Shown here one piece after another: positions 50,246 to 61,349 of a stretch of 64,000 nt of DNA. The stretch's first letter is position 1; every line of letters begins with the position of its first letter. The DNA comes from the human T2T-CHM13v2.0 reference genome, Homo sapiens. The notes beneath the pieces were generated by a model, which made no database searches, was not told the DNA's origin, and was given only the letters and a program-made list of their open reading frames with translations. The translations under genes were made by a program, and so were the position numbers. Location of the stretch: the NCBI RefSeq assembly GCF_009914755.1, contig NC_060945.1. One strand, given 5' to 3'.

Positions 50246-50841
50246 GATACAGTGAATTCCTCTTCAAAGATTTTAGCCTGTAAACATCCTTTAAAATTCA
50301 AGAGGGGGGAAGATTAAGTACAATGAGTTCTGAGTTCCTCATCAAAGAACAAATATGTCAGTATGTTCAGCTTCTCCGTTCTTTGTTCTCCGTTTTAAAG
50401 TTTAACTTCCTCGTTCGTTATGCCTCCTTGCCCCTAGTTTCATTAAACAACCCCCTTCTAGCCTCTAACACCTGCTTTGTCTTTAGTCATTCTTAGTAAC
50501 CTGCTCTGTCCTTAGTCATCCTTAGACACCTGCTCTGTAACTGTCTTTCCCGCTGAAACTACTCACCCTGCCACTCCAGCTCATACCCCTGCCCTCTTTG
50601 AAATAGCCAATCTGAATTGGCTTAGAGTGTGCAGTCCAACCCTATCCAATAGGGAAAAGACACAACAGTAGGGACTAGCTGCGTTAGAAATAAGAACACT
50701 TTCCCCTCCCTTGTCCGGTGTGATCTTGCCTTTGCTCCATCTGCAAGACCACTCTTCCATAGAAGTAAATTTGCCTTGCTGTAAAAACTTGTTGCTGGAG
50801 TGCTGACGGTTCTTTGTGGCACCGAAAATTATTTTCCAAAA
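50243..50841 (+). mobile_element. 5' LTR (LTR10 family)
   Basis: Colinear with 58338-58925. LTR10-like TGAGTTC..TCAAAGAACAAATATGTCAGTATGTTCA, internal CACCTGCT/TTAGTCA repeats, AGTAAA at 50764-50769. Terminal TG missing. Confidence 0.88.
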
Positions 50842-50844
50842 ATT

Positions 50845-50862
50845 TGAGGGCCCACCCAACAT
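50845..50862 (+). other. Degenerate primer-binding site, probably tRNA-Pro
   Basis: TGAGGGCCCACCCAACAT vs Pro PBS TGGGGGCTCGTCCGGGAT (11/18), 3 nt after the LTR. Confidence 0.5.
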
Positions 50863-51478
50863 TCCCATTCTCCTCTGGGGGAGGGTCCAGTCCTCTCCCT
50901 TGAGGAGGTGCACCCCGCTGCCTCGTTGCAGTGGCCATAAAGGTAAGGAATCAAGACTCAACTGGTGCGATTAATAAACCCGGGCTCTCAGCAACGTGGA
51001 AAGAAACAGGCCAGCAACTCTGGGGAAAGGATCTTCACATACCGTGGCGACCAGGTAACTGTGCACAGACCGAGGTAAGAAATGTCGCAGGGGTGACAAA
51101 GTATTTCCTTGGTGGTCGGGATATTCTGGAGGTTGAAAGTGTGTGTGAATGATCACAAGCACTACTGCTTGTGGTGCTGTTTGTGTGGATGATACTAAGC
51201 ATTATTGCTGTGAGGAGTGAGTGGGTCCTATCTGCGGTTTTTTATTTGAATAAAAAACCTTTGAAGAGGAATTCACTGTATCCTCATAGGGCTCAGGGCA
51301 GATCTTGCTGTGGGGTTTATACCATGATGCCAATGCAAAGAGGGACGGAAAATTCCTGGGAGGGAAGCAGCCAGAGTGGATGAAGTGAAAGAAGGGTGTG
51401 AGGAGCCTCCAGCAGGTGGGGATAAAGGATAGGGAAGAAATCTCTAGCATGCGGGATTGAGCCTAACCAGGACCTAAC

Positions 51479-53541
51479 ATGGGAAAAGCCCCAAATAAGA
51501 TAGGGAGCAAAAAAGAAGAGGATAGTAACAAAGACATGCCCCTCATAGTCCCCTGGGTCTCATGTTAAAATATTGGAAGGATAATGAGAGGACTAAACAT
51601 AAGAAAAAGCATTAGAGGATAAAATATTGCTGTTTCATTTGGACCCAAGGTCCCATTTTCAAACACTCAATCTTCTGGCCAAAGTTTGGGTCGATTGAGA
51701 ATGTAATATGTCAACTTCTAATTCAATATGTTAATGATAAAAATCTGGTTTCTCAAGAAGAACTAGACTATGCTCTTTGTTGGAGACAGGGACCTGTCTT
51801 TATTCCCATAAAGACAACTAGGGAAGAACCCGATCCAGTATCTCAAATTGAAAAGTCAGACGAGCTGACTCCCACACCTAAAGCCACCACATGGGATCCC
51901 CTATACCATTTTGCCCTGCTCAGTACCTCTGACCCTTCCCCTCGGGCAGCTGCTGCCACCCCATATCCCACCCCAGATCCTTCTCCTGCTCACGCTGTTA
52001 CTCCTCCTTACAACTCTAATTCTTGGGAGTTATCATCCCATGAGCCTGTCCCCTGTCAGCTTAAATACCTCTCCCTAAAGGGACTCCAGCATGAGGTACA
52101 GCAATGTAAAAAGGACGTTCAGAACTTCCCTTTTCCGTCCACACCTAAAGAGTCAGCCCCAACTCTCTTCCCCTTAAAAGACATGCCACAAGGAGGAGGA
52201 GCCATTGTATTTGTGAATGCTCCCTTGACCAGTTCAGAAGTCTGAAGTTTGAAAAAGGAAATTAAGCCATTGTTAGACGACCCTTATGAGGTGGCAGATC
52301 AGGTTGATCAATTCTTGGGACCTCAGTTATACACTTTGGTCGAGTTTATGTCCATCCTAGGCATCCTCTTTTCGGAGGAGGAAAGAAGCATGATCTGATC
52401 CGTAGGGCTGCTATGGCAATTTGGGAATATGAACACACTCCTTGTCAAAACGTTCCTACCACGGACCAAAAATTCCCTGCCCAAGATCCCCGGTGGGATA
52501 ATAATAACGCAGCTCACCAAGAAAACATGCAAGACATAAGGGAAATGATAATGAAAGAAACTAGGGAATCAGTACCCCAAACTCAAAATCTCTCCAAAGC
52601 ATTTGATATACAACAGGAGAGAGGTGAGTGGACCATGAAATTCTTAGACAGACTAAAGGAGCAAATGAGAAAATATGCAGGCCTAAATTTGGAAAATCCC
52701 CTGGGACAGGGAATGTTAAATCTCCATTTTTGTCACTAAAAGTTGTCCAGATGTCTCTTTTTATTTTTTTGAGATGGAGTCTCTCTCTGTCACACAGGCT
52801 GGAGTGCAATGGTGCGATCTTGATTCACTGCAAGCTCCGCCTCCCAGGTTCACTCCATTCTCCTGCCTTAGCCTCCCCAAGTAGCTGGAACTACAGGCGC
52901 CCACCACCACGCCCAGCAAATTTTTTGTATTTTTAGTAGAGGCGGGGTTTCTCCGTGTTAACCAGGATGGTCTCAATCTCCTGACCTCGTGATCCACCCA
53001 CCTCGGCCTCTCAAAGTGCTGGGATTACAGGCATGAGCCACTGTGCCTGGCCAACGTTGTCCAGATATTTCAAGAAAGTTACAAAAATTAGAAGATTGGG
53101 AAAACTGACTTCAAGTGAACTTCAATGAGAAGTGAACCTCAAGTGAAGTAACCTCAAGTGAACCTCAGAGAGACTCAAAAAGTATCTGTGAAGAGAGACG
53201 AAGAAAAGCGAAAACAAAAGACAAAACTTATGTTATTCACCTTCCAACAGATGGCTCCAAACCCATGTACCCCTAAACAGAGCTTCCAGTGGGCCAGAAA
53301 CTATAAAGGTTCCAAACCCTCCTTTAAAGGACCCAAGCCTCCATTGGGAGGATCAAGGCTCTCGTCTACCAGTCCATCTAAATAGCATGGGGGAGTAAAA
53401 TCAAAGAATCCCAGAACTGAGAGTGGGGAAGGGCAAGGTAGGCACTACAAATGTGGAAGAACAGGCCACTTCAAGAGAGAATGTCCCAAATTAGAAAAGG
53501 AAAAAGAAGCCCTTCCACTCATGGCTTTTGAGGAAGAATAA
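51479..53541 (+). pseudogene. gag: ERV gag (disrupted)
   Basis: ATG GGA start; capsid-like [38 protein letters not shown]; zinc knuckle remnant YKCGRTGHFKREC near 53445; stops, frameshifts and an Alu insertion. Confidence 0.82.
52757..53052 (-). mobile_element. AluY-like element inserted in ERV gag
   Basis: GCAAGCTCCGCCTCC; TSD AA(A/C)GTTGTCCAGAT. Confidence 0.92.
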
Positions 53542-56413
53542 TGGTGTCAGGGGTTCTGTCTCTTTTATCTTGAGTCCCACCAGGAGCCCTTGATAAGTCT
53601 AGAAGTGGGACCTAAGCATGAGTTTATAACCTTTTTAGTCAATTCAGGAGTGGCTCGATCCTCTGTTTGTTTCCCCCCCATCTAATATTGCCTGCTCTTC
53701 AGAGGAACTTTTGGTGTGTGGGGTAAAGGGAGAAGGATTTAAAGCAAAAATTTTAGAAAACACAGAAGTCAGATACCAGGCTCAATCAGCTCATATTCAG
53801 TTTTTGTTAATCCCTAAAGCAGGGACTAATTTACTAGGCAGGGATTTAATGTTGAAGTTAGGCATAGGCCTGCAACTCAGCACAAGAGGATTCCTCACCT
53901 CATTAAAGCTACTCACCACTGCAGATGAAAAATATATTAATTCTAATGTCTGATCCAAAGAAGGAAACTGAGGGAAACTCTGAGTCCCTCCAAGCACATC
54001 AAGGTAAAAAACCCCAGGGAAGTAGTAAGGAGGAAACAATACCCCATTCCCCTAGAGGGTAGGATACGGTTGAAACCTATAATTGAAGGTCTTATTAAAG
54101 ATGGGCTTCTTGGGCCCTCTATGTCCCCTTATAACAACCCAATATTGCCAGCCAAGAAATTAGATGGGTCATATCGGCTGGTACAGCACCTTAGGGCTAT
54201 TAACCAAATAGTCCAAACTACCCATCCAATTGTCCTCGATCCTTACACCATTCTCAGCAAGATTCCATATAATAATCAATGGTTTACTGTAATAGATTTG
54301 AAGGATGCTTTTTGGGTATGTCTCCTGGCTGAAGATAGGCCAGATATATTTGCTTTTGAGTGGGAGGATCCCCATTCAGGGTAGAAACAACAATATCGAT
54401 GGATAGTCTTACCCCAAGGGTTCACAAACTCCCCTAACCTTTTCAGTCAAATTTTAGAACAAGTATTAGAAAAAGTTATCATCCCAAACAAATATGCCTG
54501 CTCCAATACGTTGATGATATTCTTATATCTGGTGAAGATATAGAGAAGGTAGCTGGCTTCTCTACACATATTCTCAACCATCTGCAGTTCGAGGGGTTAT
54601 GAGTCTCAAAGGGAAAGCTTCAGTATGTAGAACCTGAAATTAAATATTTAGACCACTTTTAAGTGCAGAGAAGTGAAGAATAGGGCCTGAACGAGTTGAG
54701 GGAATCGTGTCCCTACCCTTGCCTCAAACTTAAACAAGAACTCAGGAAATTTTTAGGGTTATTTGGATACTGCTGCTTATGGATTAACTCACATGCACTA
54801 AACAGTAAAATTCTATATCCAAAACTTGCCCAGGGGAAGACTGACCATTTCCTGTGGACTTCTGAGGAAGTCCATCAGGTTGAAGAGCTGAAAAAAGGCT
54901 TATAACAGCCCCTGTCTTAGCCTTACCTTCCCTAGAAAAGCCATTCCACCTTTTTGTCAACGTGGATAATGGGGTAGCTTTAGGAGTGCTCACTTAAGAA
55001 CATGGAGGCCATTGGCAGACCATGGTGGCCTTCCTGTCAAAAGTCTTAGATCCAGTTACTTGTGAGTGGCCTCAATACATCCAATCCATTGTGGCTACAG
55101 CACTAATGGTCAAAGAAAGCAGGAAGTTAACCTTTGGAGGAAAATTGACAGTAATAACGCCCCATCAAGTTAGAACTATCTTAAACCAGAAAGCAGGGAG
55201 GTGGCTTACTGACTCAAGAATCTTAAAGTATGAGACTATTCTGTTAGAAAAAGATGATTTAACATTAACCACTGATAATTCCCTTAACCCAGCAGTTTTC
55301 CTAATAGGGGATCCAAATCTAAAGAGATAGCACACATGTTTACATTTAACTGATTACCATACAAAGGTCTGACCAGACCTAGGAGAAACTCCCTTCAGGA
55401 TGGGATGACACTTATTTATAGATGGTTGCTCCCAGGTGATTGAGGCAAAAAGATGCAATGGGTATTCAGTAATTGATAGGGAAACTCTTGAAGAAATTGA
55501 GGTAGGAAAATTGCCTAAGAATTGGTCTGCCCAAACTTGTGGGCTGTTTGCACTCAGCTGAGCCTTAAAGTACTTGCAGAACCAGGAAGTAGCCATCTAT
55601 ACCAATTCTAAGTATGCCTTTGGAGTGGCTCATACATTGGGAAAAATTTAGACTGAACGAGGTCTCATTAATAGTAAACATCAAGATCTTGTTCATAAGG
55701 ATCTAATCACCTAAGTATTGAATAACCTTCAGTTGCCAGAGGAAATAGTGATTGTCCATGTCCCCAGACACCAGAAAAGTCTTTCTTTTGACAGTCCAGG
55801 AAATAGCCTAGCAGATTACATAGGGAAACAGGCTGCCATTTCTTTTAAAACATCTATTTTTCACTGAACTCTTTACCTTCCTCCTCCTACCATAATCTCC
55901 ATTTTCTCTTCCACTGAAAAGAGAAACTAATAAAAATAGGTGCTAAAGAGAATTCAGAATAAAAATGAATATTGTCAGACCAGAGGGAAATGTTGTTCAA
56001 ACCCTTTATGAGGGAAAACTTGTCCCAACTGCATCAAGGGACCCACTGGGGGTCCCAAGCCATGTGTGACACAGTTCTGAAAGTTTTTGGGTGTATAGGA
56101 ATTTATACTCTGACCAAACAGGTTACAGACATTTGCTTAGTATGTAAGAAAACTAATAAAAAAACTATAAAAAGATTACCCCTTGGGAGAAGGAGTCCAG
56201 ACTTAAAGTATCCTGATTGATTACACAGAGATGCCTCCAATAGGTCGTCTAAAATATTTACTAGTGACAGTAGATCACCTTACTCACTGGGTCAAAGCTA
56301 TTCCCTTTTCAAATGTGATGGCCAATGATGTAGTTAAGGCCTTAATTGAAAATATAGTGCCCAGGTTTAGGCTAATAGAAAACATTGACTCAGACAATGG
56401 AACCCATTTTGCC
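53542..56413 (+). pseudogene. pol: ERV pro-pol (protease, RT, RNase H, truncated integrase; disrupted)
   Basis: Protease FLVNSG..NLLGRDL; RT SPYNNPILP, YRLVQHLRAIN, FTVIDLKDAFW, LPQGFTNSP, QYVDD; integrase HQGTH..C..C and LLVTVDHLTHWVKAIP..IDSDNGTHF. Confidence 0.9.
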
Positions 56414-58294
56414 TGAAACTATTACATTTGATCCTTGCCTTGCTATACCTTTGGAGACTTGTCAAGTTGAAGACAGCTCTCAACTTCAGAAAAGTACCTC
56501 TGTACTTCCTGGCTCTCCTCAGACTGGACATTAGAGAATTTGGATCATTTAGTCTGCGAAAGTTTCAATGAAGACCCCAGTGTCAACTGGGAGTCTTGCC
56601 CCCTTGACACAGAGCTTTTATGATGTAGTTGGTCCAACTACGTGCAAGTGAGAGCAAGGATGGACTGCCCCAACAAGTAGTTGTAATTCCTAAAATCATA
56701 CATTCATTTTACTAAAGATATAGCTCCCCCTAACTTTCAGGTAAACTAGTGCAACCCAATACAGGTTATTATTTCAAACCCTCAAAGATCTTCCCCTTCT
56801 CTAAGCCAATTCCCTTCTTTAAGCTGGTTTTATGATATGGGGGCTGAGTTTTCAGAAACGGACCCTATTGGATCTTTTGGAATATGCTTCATTGCTCCCC
56901 TACTGCCTACAGCTTCCCCTAAGTCTTCTTCCAAAAACTCTCACAATGAAACTGTTGTTCCTCCTCCATCTAATGAGAAGACCAAGGTAGCTATTGTAGA
57001 AGTTAAAGACCTAAAACAAACTTTGGTAACTGAGGCAGGATATCAAGATGTGAATGCCTGGTTGGAATGCATCAAATACTCCGTTCGCACTTTAAACAAA
57101 AGCAACTGTTACGCTTGTGCACACAGCACACCAAAGGCCCAGATTGTCCCCTTTCCACTAGGATGGTCCTTCAGTCGACCAGGCATGGTCTGTATGGTAG
57201 CTCTTTTCCAGGGTTCCACAGCCTGGGGTAACAAGTCATGTCAATCTCTCTCTCTGCTATATCCCAAAGTTCAACACCCTGCAGGTCAGCCTCCAAGGGC
57301 CATCCAGCTTCTGTCTCCCGACACTAAGTTCACTTCATGTCTCTCACAACAAGGAGGAAACTTAGCATTGTTTGGAGGCCTAAAAGGATGCAGTAAGCTT
57401 AAGACTTTCCAAGAGCTTACCAATCAGTCATCGCTTATACACCCCTGAGCAGATGTATGGTGGTATTGTGGTGGACCTTTACTGGACACTCTGCCAAGTA
57501 ACTGGAGCAGCCCTCGTGCTCTAGTCCTGTTGGCTATACTTTTCACTCTGGCATTTCATCAACCAGAAAAAGGGAAAACACAACATTGTAAAGCAAGGGA
57601 AGTCCCTTACGGGTCTTTTGACTCCCACATTTATTTAGATGCTATTGGAATCCCATGAGGAGTACCAGATACATTTAAGCCTAAGATCAAATAGCTACAG
57701 GATTTGAATCAATATTTTGGTGGGTGACAATAAAAATGTAGATTTGATGAATTACATCTATAATAATCAACAGTGGTTTATTAATTCCACCAGGGATGTT
57801 GTCAAAGGAATAGCAGAACAATTGAGGCCAACTAGCCAGATGGCCTGGGAAAACAGAATGGCCCTGGATATGATATTAGCTGAAAAAGGTGGTGTTTGTG
57901 TTATCATTAAAACTCAGTGATACACCTTTATCCATTGGGGGCAAACAACACTGCCCCCAATGGGAGCATAACAAGGGCCCTACAAGGATTTACCACTTTA
58001 TCCAATGAATTAGCTAAAAATTCTGGGGTCAATAACCCTTTCTCCAGATGGCTAGAAAGGTGTTTCAGTAAATGGGAAGAAATCATAGCCTCAATTCTTA
58101 CTTCTCTTACAGAAGTAACGGCTGTACTCATTCTTGTTGGGTGTTGTGTCATACCATGCATCCATGGGCTAGTGCAAAGGCTTATAGAAACAACACTTTC
58201 TAAAACCTCCCTTAGCTGTCCTCCACCTTATTCAGATAGGCTTTTCTTTTTAGAGGATCAAGTTGAAAAAAAAAAAAAAGCCAAGACATGTTAA
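56413..58294 (+). pseudogene. env: ERV env (gamma-type, disrupted, 5' part missing)
   Basis: SU NKSNCYAC CxxC motif; immunosuppressive domain SQMAWENRMALDMILAEKGGVCVII; TM ILTSLTEVTAVLILVGCCVIPCI; several stops. Confidence 0.85.
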
Positions 58295-58337
58295 AAAGGT
58301 TTGAAGAGGAAGGGCTATAAAAATTGAAAGAGGGAAT

Positions 58338-58925
58338 TGTAGAATACAGTGAATTCCTCTTCAAAGGTTTTAGCCTGTTAATGTCCTTTAAAGTTCAAGA
58401 GAGGGAAGATTGTTAAGTACAGTGAGTTCTGAGTTCCTCTTCAAAGAACAAATATGTGAATATGTTCAGCTTCTCTATTCTTTGTTCTCCATTTTAAAGT
58501 TTAACTTCCTCATTATTTATGCATCCTTGCCCCTAGTTTCAGTAAATGACCCCCTCCTAGTCCCTATCACCTACTCTATCCTTAGCCATTCTTAGTCACC
58601 TGCTCTCTCCTTAGTCATCCTTAGTCGCCCGCTCTGTAACCATCCTTCCTGCAGAAACTACCCACCCCGCCACTCTGGCTTGCACCCCTGTCCTCTTTGA
58701 AGTAGCCAGTCAAAATTAGCTTAGAGTGTTCCGTCCAACCCTAGCCAACAGGGGAGAGACACAAAAGTAGGGACTAGCTGCATTAGGAATAAGAACCCTT
58801 TCCCCTCTCTTATCCAGTGTGCTCTTGCCATTGCTCCATCCGCAAGACTCACCCTTCTATAGAAGTAAATTTGCCTTGCTGGAGTGCTAACTCTTCTTTG
58901 TGTCACCAAAAAGTTATTTCCAACA
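58338..58925 (+). mobile_element. 3' LTR (LTR10 family)
   Basis: TG...CA termini, preceded by polypurine tract GAAAGAGGGAA; colinear with the 5' LTR. Confidence 0.9.
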
Positions 58926-59235
58926 TGAAGGTGCACCCTTGGTGGAGGGAACATCTGACGAAGTTCAATGTTTGGGGAAAGCAATATCTGGAAAGATTGA
59001 ACAGTCAGCAGGAGAAACACCTAGGAAAATTACAAGGCCTGTGAAAGAAACATCTGAGAAATTTGCATGGCCACAAGAAAGGCCTTCAAAGACCACACGG
59101 GAGGAAAAAGAAACATCTGTAAAGACTGAATGAGTGGCAGGAGTAACATTTAATAAAATTGAAGTTTTGGAAGAAGGAACATCTAAGATGATCACATGTC
59201 CTACAAAAAAACAGCTACAAAAGCAAGTACAAATG
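58926..59235 (+). pseudogene. ANKRD30B-like exon 7, 3' part, displaced by the provirus
   Basis: EGAPLVEGTSDEVQCLGKAISGKIEQSAGETPRKITRPVKETSEKFAWPQERPSKTTREEKETSVKTE*VAGVTFNKIEVLEEGTSKMITCPTK..KASTN, ANKRD30A-like. In-frame TGA at 59131; donor AATG|gtaaga at 59236. Confidence 0.88.
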
Positions 59236-59994
59236 GTAAGATGCTTGAGTGAACTTTGTAGAGTTTATTGGCACTCTGGGTTGCCTAATGGAAATAGTGT
59301 GGTATGGGAGTAGTTGGGAATGGCTTGAATGTCTAGATAACGCAAGCTTAGGCAACACATTTTAATAGTGTAGAAATGAGTAGATCTTATTCTGTAGGCC
59401 CTGGAAAAATTCCCAAAATAGTTCTGGCTGTAAATAATAGATGAACTAACTAACAATTGCTAAAACCATAGAAACCAAAGTTGTTTTGGTGGTACAGGGA
59501 TGTTATAGGATCTCACTCACCCCCCCATTATTAGTTGTGCTATTGGCAGTGTTTTGTTCATGTCTCCTTTCTTGGTTGGCTAATTAGCAACAGCTCCAAT
59601 CATCATGCTATCTCAAGACAATATCTGAAGGCTGGGAGGGCTGCTTTTGTTCACATTTTTTTTTAATGGGAGAAAACTTGGAAGCTTTCAGTAATCTTCC
59701 TGTAACATTTTATTGGCTGGATTATACCACATGCTTATTTCTATACCAATCACTAGGAAAGCAAATGTAATTACTGTGATTAGCTTACAATAATGATTTT
59801 TCTTTTAAGATGGGATGGGTGTAATGGAATAATAAATATCTAAATGAGCATGTGTTTCTGCAGCAATAAAGAATAAATAATGACTATGCATAGGAAGCCA
59901 GCAATGTTTTCTGCAGGAATTCAGTGGAAAAGTTTGAGCAGGGGAGTCACAAGATTAGATTTGAGTATCAGGGCATTCTGGTCATGGTATAAAG

Positions 59995-60206
59995 CAGAGA
60001 TTGGCAAAGTTTTCCTGTAAAGTGCCAGATAGCGAATATGTTGGGCCATGTGGTCTCTATTACAGCTATTCAACTCTGCCATTGTAGAGTGAAAGGAGTC
60101 ATAGATAATGTATGGGCAAAGAGGCATGATTGTACTCCAATAAAAGTTTGTATAAAAAACCATTTAGAAAGCTGAATTTGGCCTGTGGCCTATAGTTTTT
60201 GGCCCT
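59995..60206 (+). mobile_element. MER58A-like hAT-Charlie element
   Basis: TTGGCAAAGTTTTCCTGTAAAG..CCAGATAG..CTATTCAACTCTGCCATTGTAG..CCAATAAAA. Confidence 0.7.
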
Positions 60207-61349
60207 TCATATAGTAGATAGATGGAGGATAATCACGTAAAAAGATTGAAAGATTAAGCTTTTGTAGTAGTTCATGTGATAGTCTTTTTTTTTTGTAAAC
60301 AATCTGTGGCCTAGTATCAATCTATTATGAAAGTTTGATCCATCAAGGGTAAAATGAATAAAGTTCAGAAGCTCAATTTACACATTTAAACATGTAGGTC
60401 CTTCTTTGGCATTATTTTATTTTGATTAATTTTTTTAACTTAAAAAATAAGAACAGTAATTTGTAGGGTTTCTTTTTCCCTGTGAAAGCCATCAGTTAAG
60501 GGGCCACGTTTAACAAGGAAATATAAATATAAAATAAATAAGTTTGTATTTCCAGTGGCACTGGAAAGATAAAGCAAAGGCAGAAAAGAGGTGCAGTTAA
60601 TATGGTTTAGTGATAATTGAGTTTAAAAAGCTAGGGGACAGATAAAATCTCAGGTCATTCATAAGTTTTCAGATTGTGCACAAGCATTTACAATGCTCAT
60701 GGGGAAGGAGTAGGAATTTGTCAGGTTAACAGGGAAGTGCAAACAGTCATGGGACAGACCAACAGTTTTCTTTACATATTGAGTTCAATGAAACATTTGT
60801 GAGGGATACTTTCAGTAGGTAATTGGATTATATGCATTTCTAGCTGGAGATAGAACTCTGGTTGAAGATGCAGGCTTAGAATACCTTTATTATAATTATT
60901 AGGCAAAGCCATAGATCTCAATGAGCTTATCCATGAGGCAGAAGATGTAGAATAAAAGGAAAGCCATTGACAAAACCCTGGGAATATCAACATTTCACAA
61001 GAGTCAAAGGACTTGGTAAAGGAGACTGAGCAGTGGTTAAACAAATGTAGGAGAGGAGTCTGAGAAAGTGATGTTGCAAATTTCTTTTAAATGTGAGAAT
61101 TTCAAGCAGTAAAATTACTCAAAAGGCTACTGGATTTAACTTACAAGTTCTTCAGTGGTAATCTGTTCAAAAGAATTATTTTAGTTGTTAGGTATACTGT
61201 TGATGTGGTTGATAATTCTGGTATCCAAGAAGAAATCTCCCAAGATCCTACCTAACTTTTTGTAACTAAAGCGGCATACATACACAGGTAGTGGGAAAAT
61301 GTCTAGACTGGTGAGTACACATACCAACATTTTTCCAGAATTTTCTGCC

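Larger units (their letters stand above)
50243..58925 (+). mobile_element. HERV-I group (HERVIP10/LTR10) provirus, defective, sense to host gene
   Basis: Two ~590-bp LTRs, degenerate PBS, gag-pro-pol-env remnants, PPT at 58326-58336, 4-bp TSD CGAA (50239-50242) / TGAA (58926-58929). Confidence 0.9.

Noticed and set aside
56837-57448. 203-aa env ORF as a domesticated syncytin/suppressyn-like gene
   Set aside because: No signal peptide, flanked by stops and frameshifts, furin site degraded; consistent with neutral decay.
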